64,000 nt of DNA from positions 3,401 through 67,400 of the forward strand of contig CAYRBH010000005.1 in the NCBI GenBank assembly GCA_964422585.1, in the 5' to 3' direction. Origin of the DNA: an uncultured Gammaproteobacteria bacterium (GTDB lineage Bacteria > Patescibacteriota > Patescibacteriia > UBA1558 > 2-01-FULL-52-15). The notes under the pieces are model-generated. The model was not told the DNA's origin and searched no databases. It saw only the letters and a program-made list of their open reading frames with translations. Numbering within the stretch: the first letter of the stretch is position 1; each line of letters begins with the position of its first letter. Positions 47,760 to 57,619 of the stretch are shown one piece after another. A program made the translations under genes and the position numbers.

Positions 47760-48212
47760 TTAAAAAGGGATATCTTCAATATTAATCTCTTCTTCAGGGG
47801 CCGGCGCTGGCGCTGGCTGAGCAGCATCTTCGAAGGGTGTATTACTCGATGCGCCTGCAGAGCCTTGTCCGCCGGCAGCGGATCCCGCTTTGTCGAGGAG
47901 GATCATGTTGTCAGCGATGATCTCGGTTCGGTAGCGTTTGATCCCGTTCTGATCATCCCAGCTACGATTTTGTAAACGCCCTTCGAGGTAGATCTTGCTG
48001 CCTTTCTTCACATATTGTCCGACTATCTCACCGAGGCGTCTCCAGGCCACGATATTATGGAACTCGGCCTTCTTTTGCTGTTGACCGTTTTTGTCTTTCC
48101 AGACCAGGTTCGTGGCTATCGAGAACGATGCGACGGATTGGCCCGAGGGAGTGGTCCGCACTTCAGGGTCGCGGACGACATTGCCGATGAGCATAACCTT
48201 ATTCAGGTCCAT
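47760..48212 (-). CDS. ssb: Single-stranded DNA-binding protein
   Basis: LNKVMLIGN, DPEVR, EGRLQNRSW, terminal DIPF. Confidence 0.97.
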   Translation of the reverse strand: MDLNKVMLIGNVVRDPEVRTTPSGQSVASFSIATNLVWKDKNGQQQKKAEFHNIVAWRRLGEIVGQYVKKGSKIYLEGRLQNRSWDDQNGIKRYRTEIIADNMILLDKAGSAAGGQGSAGASSNTPFEDAAQPAPAPAPEEEINIEDIPF

Positions 48213-48222
48213 AGACGTAGTA

Positions 48223-48717
48223 TTAATTGATCATCTCAGTATCAAGGAGCTCGTCGAGCTTCTTGTCGAGATCATCGAGGCTTATCTTAGCGTCCTTCTT
48301 CGATCCGGTCGTGGATTCATCAGAAGGCATCGCTGCATCTTGGCGCTTGCCAGGACGCATATCGGTTCCTTGGCCATGCGTTAATGCTCGACGGCGAGCA
48401 TTCTCTTGCATCAGGACTTCTTTCGCCGAGAGTGGCTTCTTGTCCAACAGCAAATACCGCATAATGAGTTTATGCAGCCTGAGGTCTTTCTGCAATTCGG
48501 CAACATTCAAGCTCTCCAGGTCGAATTCGTTCAGGAGATAGAAACCGAACTTTTCTTTATTAATTGGGTAGGCAAGCTTCTTCCTTCCCCATGATTCTTG
48601 CTTGGTGATCGTACCACCGAGCTTCTTCACCCATCCAGAGACTTCGTTCTGTATGGTTTCTAGCTGGTTTTCAGGCACATGAGCCGAGACCAGGTAGAGT
48701 AATTCATATTGTTTCAT
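48223..48717 (-). CDS. rpsF: 30S ribosomal protein S6 with C-terminal extension
   Basis: MKQYEL, WGRKKLAYPI; rpsF-ssb-rpsR synteny. Confidence 0.95.
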   Translation of the reverse strand: MKQYELLYLVSAHVPENQLETIQNEVSGWVKKLGGTITKQESWGRKKLAYPINKEKFGFYLLNEFDLESLNVAELQKDLRLHKLIMRYLLLDKKPLSAKEVLMQENARRRALTHGQGTDMRPGKRQDAAMPSDESTTGSKKDAKISLDDLDKKLDELLDTEMIN

Positions 48718-48720
48718 GAA

Positions 48721-48850
48721 CACCTTACATTACTAATTAAGTAAGGACCTTCAGCACAAGGCCGATAGGTATGGCTGATACATGATCTTATAACGATGTT
48801 ACAGAGAACGTATCGGGCATTACCGTATCATAGAGTGCTCACTATGTCAA
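48721..48850 (-). promoter_or_regulatory. rpsF promoter (TTGACA-17-TACGGT) and leader with SD-sequestering hairpin
   Basis: -35 at 48845-48850, -10 at 48822-48827; CCTTAC/GTAAGG stem covers the AAGGTG SD. Confidence 0.5.
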
Positions 48851-48883
48851 GAATAATATGATATACTATACCAATACTATTCT

Positions 48884-50089
48884 ATGCATACGTATCTCTG
48901 TATTTTGGGCCGTACTCCAGAATTATCTACCGAGGAATTATTGGTTGTAGCCAGAAAGCTTGGGCATATCGTCGAGGTTACCCCAGGATGTGTAGTGCTG
49001 CAGGGCTCATTCGATCCGGTGGCATTACTTTCACGCCTGGGTGGCACAATAAAGATAGCTCGGGTCGAGAAGACCATCAAGAGCTGGCAAGATATGACCA
49101 AGGATACCTGGCTCGCGATCTTGAGGAGCGAACTGCATGATGTGAAGGGTAAATTCCTGTTTGGCTATAGTATCTATGATGCACAAGGTCGGGCACAGAA
49201 GCACTTCTATGCTATCGGCTTGGCGTTGAAGAAGCATTTGAAGATTGCCGGAATTTCGGCCCGATTGGTCAGCTCGAGCGAGGAGGCATTGTCATCAGTC
49301 GTGGTCAGGAAGAATAACCTCATTGGTCGTGAGCTGATTGTCGTGCAGGGAGAAAAATGTTATCTGGGCCGTACGATGGCTGTACAGGACTTTGATTCAT
49401 ACGGCCTACGCGATTATGGACGGCCATCGCGTAATATGGAGCGAGGATTGTTGCCACCGAAACTCGCACAGGTGCTATTGAATCTCGCTGAAGTGACTAC
49501 CGCTACGAAGCTGCTGGATCCTTTCTGCGGTGGTGGCACGGTCGTGCAGGAAGCTTTGCTGATGGGTTTGCATGCGGTATGGGGGAGTGATATCGATCCG
49601 AAGGCTATCGAAGAGACGCAGAAGAATAGCACTTGGCTCTCAGAGCAGTTCAAGGTGCCGAAGCCGAAGCTTGCGGTAGCTGACGCGCTTGATCTAGCCA
49701 CGAGTTACCCTGATGAACATTTTGATGCCATAGTCACCGAGCCATTCCTTGGTCCAGCACGGATACTGCGCCAGAAAAGCCTGACGCGGGCAGAGCTTAC
49801 TCGGATTGTTGCCGATATTAGCCGCGTCTATAGTGACTTTTTCAGGTCTATGAGCTTGGTGTCAGCGCCTGGCGTGACAGCGGTAGTTGTGTTCCCTATC
49901 ATCAGGCTTTTCGGCAATGAGTATATGGTGGGAGATCTGTCGCAGATGGCGAAACATGGGTGGAAGCTCCAGACGCCTGAAGTATCGCATCGCATGCCAC
50001 AGCCGCATCTTTCTTCTCGGGGCCAACTGCTGTACTCTCGTGATGATCAGATCGTCTTGCGTGAAATTACGATATGGAAGCGTGTCTAA
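48884..50089 (+). CDS. Trm11/TrmG10-like RNA methyltransferase
   Basis: RDYGRP, LPPKLA, DPFCGGGT, GSDID, VTEPFLG. Confidence 0.8.
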   Translation: MHTYLCILGRTPELSTEELLVVARKLGHIVEVTPGCVVLQGSFDPVALLSRLGGTIKIARVEKTIKSWQDMTKDTWLAILRSELHDVKGKFLFGYSIYDAQGRAQKHFYAIGLALKKHLKIAGISARLVSSSEEALSSVVVRKNNLIGRELIVVQGEKCYLGRTMAVQDFDSYGLRDYGRPSRNMERGLLPPKLAQVLLNLAEVTTATKLLDPFCGGGTVVQEALLMGLHAVWGSDIDPKAIEETQKNSTWLSEQFKVPKPKLAVADALDLATSYPDEHFDAIVTEPFLGPARILRQKSLTRAELTRIVADISRVYSDFFRSMSLVSAPGVTAVVVFPIIRLFGNEYMVGDLSQMAKHGWKLQTPEVSHRMPQPHLSSRGQLLYSRDDQIVLREITIWKRV

Positions 50090-50185
50090 TAGTTTGGTGT
50101 TTAGGGCTTACTATGGTATACTAGTTACTGTATATGACAGCAGTATCTCTCAAGGTTAGCTAAAAAATAAGCCTTTTCGAATAGG

Positions 50186-51502
50186 ATGGAAGAAAATAAA
50201 AATCAAACAGGACAAGCAGGCCCGAATGGCATTGTCGTCAAAGATTATGACGGCAATTTTAAGGTATTGAGCGACGGAGAACTGAAAGATCTCGATGCAT
50301 TGCTTTCGTCTACCGAGAGTAGCGGGTCCTCAGCACAGCCGATGTCAATGGCAGCTCAGCAGGATGGTGGTGTCCTTAGTTTTCCCAAGTTTACTGACCT
50401 GGCAGTCATCCCAAAGGATGAACATTTCCAGGCTCCTGAGACGAAACAGACCGGAAATAAGGTGGCTGAGTTACAGTTCCATCCTGACGATACAGCTGAG
50501 GTTGAGCGCGAACTAGAAAAGTTGAACGCAGCCTTTAATTTGAATACGCAGAAGCAGTACAGCGTTGCTAAGATCACGCAGAAGCTTATTGATAAGCACG
50601 GGCTGAAACTTTCTCAGGAGGATGTGTCAGCCTTGCATAAGGTACTCCTTTCTTATTTCCGTCAGGCACGAAGCTTGGTCGAGACGAGAGCTATGCTGAC
50701 CCAGTCGAAGCAGGCTGGTGGCCTTGGGATAGCCTTGGATACCGCTGACCATATGATCGCCGTCTTGAAGCATTTGAAGCTGAAGATAGAGGAAAGCGAC
50801 GGCATCGTTGTTGAGGTTGATGAGCCTTCAGCAGGTGCTGCGCCAGCATCTCCGAAAATGGTCGAAGAGAAGAAAATCCAGCCTCAACAAAGGCCAATGC
50901 CTGCTCCGGAACCTCCCAAACCTGCCCTGCCGAATCTCGCGACGTTTACGCCGCCTCCGATGGCAGCAAAAGTAGAACCAGCTCCCGTAAGGCCAATGAC
51001 ACCGCCACCCGCTCCTGCCCCGGAGCCTCCGCGTCCAGAGCAGCCGAAGACGCCGGAACAGCCAAGGCCTGTTGTAGCGGAGGAGACGCCGAAGATCAAT
51101 CGACCGCAGATCCCTAGTTTCAAGCCCCCGATGATGGAGATTAAGCGCCCGCAGACAAATGCTGTTCTTTCTGGAAAACCGACAGGGCGTGTCGACGAAC
51201 TTGCCCTCATGGACATGGCAACGTGGCGCATGCTCGATCCTGATCCACGCATCCGCGCAGGCAAGATCTTGGGCAAAATACAGAACTTGGAACAAGAGTC
51301 ACTGACCAGAAAGAGCCAGGGCATTCAAGCATGGCGTTCGAACGAGGTATATCAGTACTATCTGATGATCGGGCAGATGAGCTTGGAGCAGAAGAAAGAT
51401 GTCGCCGAAGTGATACAGGCTTTGACCGCGCAGGGCCAGCAGACATTGACCCTTGATGAGTTCGAGGCGATCTCGGACCTGAATAGAATGTTACGATACT
51501 AG
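50186..51502 (+). CDS. Hypothetical protein with Pro-rich linker heading the PrgI-VirB4 operon
   Basis: Long ORF; TGgTATACT at 50114-50122; 2 nt from prgI. Confidence 0.8.
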   Translation: MEENKNQTGQAGPNGIVVKDYDGNFKVLSDGELKDLDALLSSTESSGSSAQPMSMAAQQDGGVLSFPKFTDLAVIPKDEHFQAPETKQTGNKVAELQFHPDDTAEVERELEKLNAAFNLNTQKQYSVAKITQKLIDKHGLKLSQEDVSALHKVLLSYFRQARSLVETRAMLTQSKQAGGLGIALDTADHMIAVLKHLKLKIEESDGIVVEVDEPSAGAAPASPKMVEEKKIQPQQRPMPAPEPPKPALPNLATFTPPPMAAKVEPAPVRPMTPPPAPAPEPPRPEQPKTPEQPRPVVAEETPKINRPQIPSFKPPMMEIKRPQTNAVLSGKPTGRVDELALMDMATWRMLDPDPRIRAGKILGKIQNLEQESLTRKSQGIQAWRSNEVYQYYLMIGQMSLEQKKDVAEVIQALTAQGQQTLTLDEFEAISDLNRMLRY

Positions 51503-51504
51503 CA

Positions 51505-51966
51505 ATGCAAAAATTCGTGGTACCACAATTCATCGACGTCGAGAGCAAGATCCTGGGTCCTATCACGGTCCGGCAGTTCGCGACGGTCGCGGTCGGCGCG
51601 GTGTTCCTCTTCGCTGCCTATAAGCTGGCTACGTTTAATTTATTCCTGATCTGGGCGACTCTCATTCTCGGAGCTACCATGTTGCTCGCATTCTTTAAGT
51701 TCAATGGCCTTCCTTTTCACATCTTCATGCTGAATGTCGTATCCACCTATAAGCGTCCTATGCTGCGGGTATGGCTGAAAGAAGAGTATAAACCAGTGAA
51801 AGAATCCAAGAACAATAAAGATAAGGCTGAAGAGAAATTTTTCGTCCCGAAGAAGGAATTTTCATCCGAGAAGCTCTCTGAGCTTGCCCTCATAATCGAT
51901 ACGGGCGGTATCTATAAAGGGGAGGCGGAAGCGAATCGTATCAATAAGTCTTTGTATGAAAAGTAA
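51505..51966 (+). CDS. PrgI-family (VirB3-like) membrane protein
   Basis: VPQFIDVESKILGPITVRQF followed by 2 TMs. Confidence 0.88.
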   Translation: MQKFVVPQFIDVESKILGPITVRQFATVAVGAVFLFAAYKLATFNLFLIWATLILGATMLLAFFKFNGLPFHIFMLNVVSTYKRPMLRVWLKEEYKPVKESKNNKDKAEEKFFVPKKEFSSEKLSELALIIDTGGIYKGEAEANRINKSLYEK

Positions 51967-52636
51967 GGCATTACAAGGTAATAAACCGAAGGTCTCTACG
52001 CAGCGTTTCTTGGATATCGCGGAGATCCGCGATGATATGGTCGTGATGAAGGATGGGACGGTGCGCGCGGTTCTGATGGTTTCGTCGGTTAACTTCGACC
52101 TTAAGTCTGAGGAAGAGCAGAATGCCATGGTCGGATCCTATGTGCAGTTCCTGAACTCACTGCAATTCCCTTTGCAGATCGTAGTACAGTCGCGTCCGTT
52201 GAATATCGATGAGTATATACAGCGCCTTATCATCACCGAACGCGAACATTCCAATGAGCTGCTGCGCATGCAGACCGCCGACTACCGCAATTTCGTTAAT
52301 GACCTGGTACATCTTGAGAAGATCATGAGCAAGAAGTTTTTCATCGTAGTGCCGTATGCGCCAGGGCAGGATAATAAGTTGAAATTCAGCGACCGCTTCG
52401 TAAGTTTGTTCTCGACAGCCAAGGCGGTTACCGTGAGCCGTAAGAAATTTGAGAACTATTCCCGTGAACTGAATAAGCGCGCGCTCTTCATCTATTCAGG
52501 CACGACCAGTATGGGATTGACCGCTCGCCGTTTGAATACACAAGCCCTGATTGAGCTGTATTACAATAGTTATAATCCCTCCCTATCTCAGAATGAGCAG
52601 TTGGGAGACATTAATGAATTATCAATCGACGAGTAA
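51956..52636 (+). CDS. VirB4-associated protein (TraE/TrsD N-terminal-like)
   Basis: STQ..L.I.EIRD, SVNFDLKSEEEQ, FLNSL.FP.QI, ELYY..YNP; coupled to the ATPase gene. Confidence 0.75.
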   Translation: MKSKALQGNKPKVSTQRFLDIAEIRDDMVVMKDGTVRAVLMVSSVNFDLKSEEEQNAMVGSYVQFLNSLQFPLQIVVQSRPLNIDEYIQRLIITEREHSNELLRMQTADYRNFVNDLVHLEKIMSKKFFIVVPYAPGQDNKLKFSDRFVSLFSTAKAVTVSRKKFENYSRELNKRALFIYSGTTSMGLTARRLNTQALIELYYNSYNPSLSQNEQLGDINELSIDE

Positions 52637-54543
52637 TGTTTAAACCAAAAGAAGCGCAAGCGACGAAGCAGCAAGAGGATCAGCCGATGCTCTCGTTCGA
52701 GGAGCAGAAATCGATAGGCGTAGAACGAGCGGAGACCGAAGGCGAATTACTCTTGGCGGAGAAGGCGTTCCGCGAGGGTGTCGTCTCAATCACCGATATT
52801 ATAGCACCGGCTGCTTTCAAGGTAGACTCCAGCTTTGTACGCTTGGGAGAACAATTCGTGCGGACAGTATTCGTTGTCGCTTACCCGCGCTATATTACGA
52901 TCGGCTGGTTCGCGCCGATCATCAATTTCAGCCTGGCGCTCGATATCGCGATGTTCTTCTATCCGGTCGACAGCGCTATAATCTTGAAAAAGTTGAAGTA
53001 TAAGGTCGGAGCCATCGAAGCGCAGATAGCCGCAGACTTAGAGAAAGGTGCGCCTCGCGACCCTGTGCAGGAAACAGCGCTCAGGGACATCGAGTCTTTG
53101 CGTGACTCACTGAGCCAGGGCACTGAGAAATTTTTTAAATTCGCTCTGTATATCACGCTGTACTGCAAATCCAAAGAAGAGTTAGATTCGAATACCGATA
53201 AGATCGAGAGTACGCTTGGTGCATATTTGGTCCTTTCACGCAGGTCGCTCTGGCAAGCGGAGCAAGGCTTCAATTCGACTCTGCCTCTCGGCAATGATGA
53301 GATCGCGATCTCGAACAATATGTCATCATCGCCGGCGGCCGCATCGTTTCCCTTCATTTCATCTGAGCTCACCTCGGATAATGGCATCATGTATGGCATC
53401 AATCGGCACAATAACAGCTTGATTATTTTCGATCGTTTCAGCTTACAGAATGCGAATTCGGTCGTCTTCGCGACCTCAGGCGCGGGCAAAAGTTATACGA
53501 TCAAACTCGAAGTGCTGCGCAGCATGATGTTAAATACTGATGTCATCTGTATTGATCCTGAGAAAGAGTATCTGCATCTCTCTGATGCTGTCGGCGGCAC
53601 TTACATCAACTTGTCATTGAACTCAGATAGCAAACTGAATCCTTTCGACCTGCCGACGAACTTGGGTGACAGCAAGCCAGAGGATGTACTCAGGAGCGCG
53701 GTAATCACGCTGAAAGGCTTGATCAGACTCATGGTCGGTGAATTGACGCATGATGAGGACTCGATCGTCGACCGTGCCTTGCTTGAGACCTACGCGAAGA
53801 AGGATATCAGCTCGACCAGCGATTGGTCGAAAGCGGAAATGCCGCTCATGGCTGATCTTGAGCAGATACTCGCTGGTATGATCGGGGGAGAGGACCTCGC
53901 TCTGCGTATCAAGAAGTACACACAAGGAACCTTCTCTGGACTGTTCAATAGCAGGACTAATGTTGACATTACGAATCAGCTTGTTGTCTTCAGCGTCCGC
54001 GACTTGGAAGATGAGCTGCGGCCGATCGCTATTTATACTATCGTAAACTATATCTGGAACGTGGTGCGCTCACATGTGAAGAAGCGCATCCTGGTCATCG
54101 ATGAAGCGTGGTGGCTCATGCAGCATGAGGATTCGGCGAAGTTCATCTATGCCTTGGTCAAGCGTTGCCGCAAATACTACCTGGGCGTCACGACCATTAC
54201 GCAAGACGTGAATGACTTCCTGCGATCACCTTATGGACAGGCTATCGTTACCAACTCCAGTATGCAGATCCTGTTGAAGCAATCACCTGCATCCGTTGCG
54301 CTCATTCAGAAGACCTTCATATTGACCGAGGGTGAGAAGTATTTACTGCTCGAATCAGGAGTCGGAGAAGGCATTTTCTTCGCCGGTAACAAGCATGCCG
54401 CGATTAAAGTGCTCGCTTCCTATACTGAAGATCAGATCATCACCTCAGATCCGAAACAACTTTTGCAAATAGAGGAATCTAAGAAAGAGTTCAAGCAGGC
54501 TATGCAATTGCAGCAGGAGTCTGCCCCTGAGCCAGCAGCTTAA
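52636..54543 (+). CDS. virB4: VirB4-like type IV secretion ATPase
   Basis: Walker A ATSGAGKS, IDPEKEY, LNPFD, Walker B VIDEAW, RKY, TITQD. Confidence 0.9.
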   Translation: MFKPKEAQATKQQEDQPMLSFEEQKSIGVERAETEGELLLAEKAFREGVVSITDIIAPAAFKVDSSFVRLGEQFVRTVFVVAYPRYITIGWFAPIINFSLALDIAMFFYPVDSAIILKKLKYKVGAIEAQIAADLEKGAPRDPVQETALRDIESLRDSLSQGTEKFFKFALYITLYCKSKEELDSNTDKIESTLGAYLVLSRRSLWQAEQGFNSTLPLGNDEIAISNNMSSSPAAASFPFISSELTSDNGIMYGINRHNNSLIIFDRFSLQNANSVVFATSGAGKSYTIKLEVLRSMMLNTDVICIDPEKEYLHLSDAVGGTYINLSLNSDSKLNPFDLPTNLGDSKPEDVLRSAVITLKGLIRLMVGELTHDEDSIVDRALLETYAKKDISSTSDWSKAEMPLMADLEQILAGMIGGEDLALRIKKYTQGTFSGLFNSRTNVDITNQLVVFSVRDLEDELRPIAIYTIVNYIWNVVRSHVKKRILVIDEAWWLMQHEDSAKFIYALVKRCRKYYLGVTTITQDVNDFLRSPYGQAIVTNSSMQILLKQSPASVALIQKTFILTEGEKYLLLESGVGEGIFFAGNKHAAIKVLASYTEDQIITSDPKQLLQIEESKKEFKQAMQLQQESAPEPAA

Positions 54544-54554
54544 ATACTACTCGT

Positions 54555-55145
54555 ATGCAGCAGCAACAAGGAAAATACAATAAGAATCGATTGGCAGCAC
54601 TGGGTGTATTGATACTGCTGCTCCTGTTGCTGCTCTTCCTGATATGGTGGTGGTTCATACCGCACTCGAGTGCGCCAACGGGCCCGCAGCCTACCGCGAC
54701 CGCGCCTGCGCACGATACGGTGGTATTACCGCCACAGCAGGCGCCAGCGACCGATGTGCAGCCCAAAGTTGACACGCCAGCCCCTGGCGAGACTGAAGTG
54801 CGCTCTCTCGCGCGGAATTTCACTGAGCGGTATGGGAGCTGGTCGACCGATAGTAAGTTTCAGAACCTTAAGGATTTGTTCCCGAATATAACCTCACGAT
54901 TGCAGGCGTCATTCCAGAAAACGATTGACACCTCATCGGCGCCGACTGATTTCAAGAGCGCTGAGACGCGGGTGGTCCAGATACAGATCGACTCGCTAAC
55001 GGCGACCAAGGCCAGTGTCTTGGTCACGGCACAGCAGACGACCCGCGATGCCGCGCTGAAAGAGACGCAAGCTTTCGTGAAACTAGCGCTCACGATGGTG
55101 AATGATGGTAAGTATTGGTATGTGGACAGCGCTGAGTGGAAATAA
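54555..55145 (+). CDS. Single-TM protein with Pro-rich stalk and NTF2-like (VirB8/TcpC-like) domain
   Basis: TM; helix ARNFTERYGSWS; beta-rich C-terminus ending GKYWYVD. Confidence 0.65.
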   Translation: MQQQQGKYNKNRLAALGVLILLLLLLLFLIWWWFIPHSSAPTGPQPTATAPAHDTVVLPPQQAPATDVQPKVDTPAPGETEVRSLARNFTERYGSWSTDSKFQNLKDLFPNITSRLQASFQKTIDTSSAPTDFKSAETRVVQIQIDSLTATKASVLVTAQQTTRDAALKETQAFVKLALTMVNDGKYWYVDSAEWK

Positions 55146-55154
55146 TAACTACCT

Positions 55155-55736
55155 ATGGCTGAAGCAGTACAACAATTCCCTTACTATGACGCAGTAGCGC
55201 GCGATCAAGAAGAAGCGCGCCGCGCGCGCGAATTGCGCGCGCGGCGAGTGATGACCGGCGCCCTTCGAGCTGAACAGGGCCGTCAGAGCGCCTTCGGCCA
55301 AGTCGGTCAATCGGCCGAGGCTTTGCAGGAGATCCAGAAGAAAATAAAGAATATACGGAATGTCGTCACGCTTATCGGAGGACTGACTTCGCTCACCCTG
55401 ATTGGTATTATTTGGACCATTATACAATGGAATCTACAGATGATATGGAAAGTATTTGGATTGCCAGGTGAAAATTATTTTGGCCTTTCCTGGTGGCTTG
55501 TGCCGGTGATACTATTGGTTGATTTTATCCTGTTTATACTTTTTATTGCAGTGATGCTGGTCGCGTTCTTCGTTTCAAATCCGACCCAAGCCTGTAGCAT
55601 CGCTCCCGATCTGACGAAGTTAGCGCTTGGCGATGGATTCATAGGAACCTTGGGTACTTTAGGAGCTAAAGTGCTCTGTGGCATCCCTGCTCTGATCAGC
55701 CACGCTGTAGATACAATTAAGAGCGCGGTTCAATAG
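55155..55736 (+). CDS. Hypothetical membrane protein in the T4SS block
   Basis: Basic N-terminal helix, 2-3 TMs, Cys pair. Confidence 0.7.
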   Translation: MAEAVQQFPYYDAVARDQEEARRARELRARRVMTGALRAEQGRQSAFGQVGQSAEALQEIQKKIKNIRNVVTLIGGLTSLTLIGIIWTIIQWNLQMIWKVFGLPGENYFGLSWWLVPVILLVDFILFILFIAVMLVAFFVSNPTQACSIAPDLTKLALGDGFIGTLGTLGAKVLCGIPALISHAVDTIKSAVQ

Positions 55737-55737
55737 T

Positions 55738-56970
55738 ATGGATAGAAAAAGAATATTACTTATCACGTTATTCATCCTGTCGGTCATTCTGTTCGGCTGG
55801 GGTTTGTATGCGATATTCTTCAGCAGTCTCTTGCCGGGCGCTCCTACCAATGGGAATACGAATCAAGTTGGCACCTTGCCAACCCCTGGCAATGGCGGTC
55901 CGGGCAGAGTCAATACCAATGCAAGCCAGACACCGGTGCTGCCCGGTTTCTCGACGACTATCGATGTGAATGCGCCCACGGATATCGCACAGGGCGGCTA
56001 TACTAAAGTAGTGGATTATGGTTCAACGCAGGTTCAGGACTTCGTTTCCGGATCCCAGGGGGCTTTTTTCTACAACAAAGACTCGGGCTTATTCTATAAA
56101 ATGGATGCTGGCAAGGCAGTACCGATTTCTGATCAGAAGTTTTTTGATGTAAGTACTATTACCTGGTCTGCTGATCAGAGTAAGGCTATCCTGGAGTATC
56201 CTGATGGCTCGAATATCGTCTACGATTTCAAAGCGAATAAGCAGATATCCTTGCCGAAAGAGCTGACCGATTTTTCGTTCTCGCCGCAAGGTGATTCTAT
56301 AGCCGGCAAATGGATGGGCAAAACTAATGATGAGAATTGGCTCATGGTGGGAGATTCGAATGGTTCGAATTTTAAGCTGATTGAGCCGCTCGGTGATCGA
56401 TACAATAATGTGCAAGTAGATTATTCTAATGACGGGCAAGTCGTGGCCCTGGTGCGAGACCCGGTCGACGCGAACACACAGAGCGTACTGCCTATCGGTT
56501 TGAATGGTGAGAATTTCCCCTCATTCAATGTGGAAGGGCTGAAATTCGAGAGCAAATGGGCCCCCAGCGGCGATCAGTTGCTCTATAATGTCTCGACCAA
56601 AGACAATAACTATGATCCTAAGCTCCTCATTACCGGTGGTAATGGTGATACGCTTGGTTCGAGCAGTCTGGATCTACAGCTGAACACCTGGGCTTCGAAA
56701 TGTGCCTTCAATGCAGCCTCGACTTCGCTCTATTGTGCCGAGCCAACGAGTTTGCCGCGCGGTTCAGGTCTCTATCCTGATCTGGCGCGGGGTATTCCTG
56801 ACGTGTTCTATCGTATCGACCTGCGGAGCGGACAGAAGATACCGCTGGCAGTCCCGGTCGGCAATCAATCGTCGTATAGCGCTTCATCGGTATTCCTGTC
56901 GCAGGATGAAAAGTCATTGTACTTCGTCGATGAATTGACCAATCAACTGCATTCGATACGGCTACAGTGA
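55738..56970 (+). CDS. Single-TM protein with TolB-like beta-propeller
   Basis: Repeated WSAD, FSPQGD, YSNDG, WAPSGD, LSQDE blade motifs. Confidence 0.78.
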   Translation: MDRKRILLITLFILSVILFGWGLYAIFFSSLLPGAPTNGNTNQVGTLPTPGNGGPGRVNTNASQTPVLPGFSTTIDVNAPTDIAQGGYTKVVDYGSTQVQDFVSGSQGAFFYNKDSGLFYKMDAGKAVPISDQKFFDVSTITWSADQSKAILEYPDGSNIVYDFKANKQISLPKELTDFSFSPQGDSIAGKWMGKTNDENWLMVGDSNGSNFKLIEPLGDRYNNVQVDYSNDGQVVALVRDPVDANTQSVLPIGLNGENFPSFNVEGLKFESKWAPSGDQLLYNVSTKDNNYDPKLLITGGNGDTLGSSSLDLQLNTWASKCAFNAASTSLYCAEPTSLPRGSGLYPDLARGIPDVFYRIDLRSGQKIPLAVPVGNQSSYSASSVFLSQDEKSLYFVDELTNQLHSIRLQ

Positions 56971-57617
56971 TGAAGCGTTTTTTTATAGTGTTAGGTATTC
57001 TTCTGGTAGTTATCGGAGGCTTGGCATTGCTCATTAGCATCTATGGGACGGAGGATCAGCAAGCAGCCACTCCCGTAACAACTCCTGTGCAGCATGGGTT
57101 GCACGCTGCAGACACCGATCCTTCTCAGGGACCACGTAATGGGAAGGTGACGGTCATCACGATGAGTTCATTTACCTGTCCAGCATGTAAAAGTACGAGC
57201 GAAGAGATGGATCAGTTGCGGGCGCTCTATCCGGATCAGGTCCGTCTCGTCTGGAAGGATCTGCCTGATACCGTTGGTACTGCCTATCAGGCCGCGATAG
57301 CTGCTCGTTGCGCTCAGGAGCAAGGCAAGTTCTGGCAATTTCACGATGTTCTTTTTCAGAAACAAGATTTTCTAGCGACGCGTTCCCTGTATACCTTATG
57401 GGCTCAGGCTCTAGGTATGCTGAGCGATGTATTCGATAACTGCCTGGATAAGCAACAGACGAAGCCGCTCGTCGATGCTAATATCAACGAAGCGCTCCAG
57501 CAGGGTGTGAAACTGGTCCCTTATGTGCAAATAGGGGATATGACCTATGAAGGGCCGCAGACGCTTACGGTGTATCGGACAGCAGTCGATCAAGCTCTTG
57601 GTATGACAAAGAAGTAA
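56967..57617 (+). CDS. dsbA: Membrane-anchored DsbA-family oxidoreductase
   Basis: FTCPAC, VWKDLP, AARCAQEQGKFW.FHD, cis-Pro VPY. Confidence 0.85.
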   Translation: MMKRFFIVLGILLVVIGGLALLISIYGTEDQQAATPVTTPVQHGLHAADTDPSQGPRNGKVTVITMSSFTCPACKSTSEEMDQLRALYPDQVRLVWKDLPDTVGTAYQAAIAARCAQEQGKFWQFHDVLFQKQDFLATRSLYTLWAQALGMLSDVFDNCLDKQQTKPLVDANINEALQQGVKLVPYVQIGDMTYEGPQTLTVYRTAVDQALGMTKK

Positions 57618-57619
57618 GT

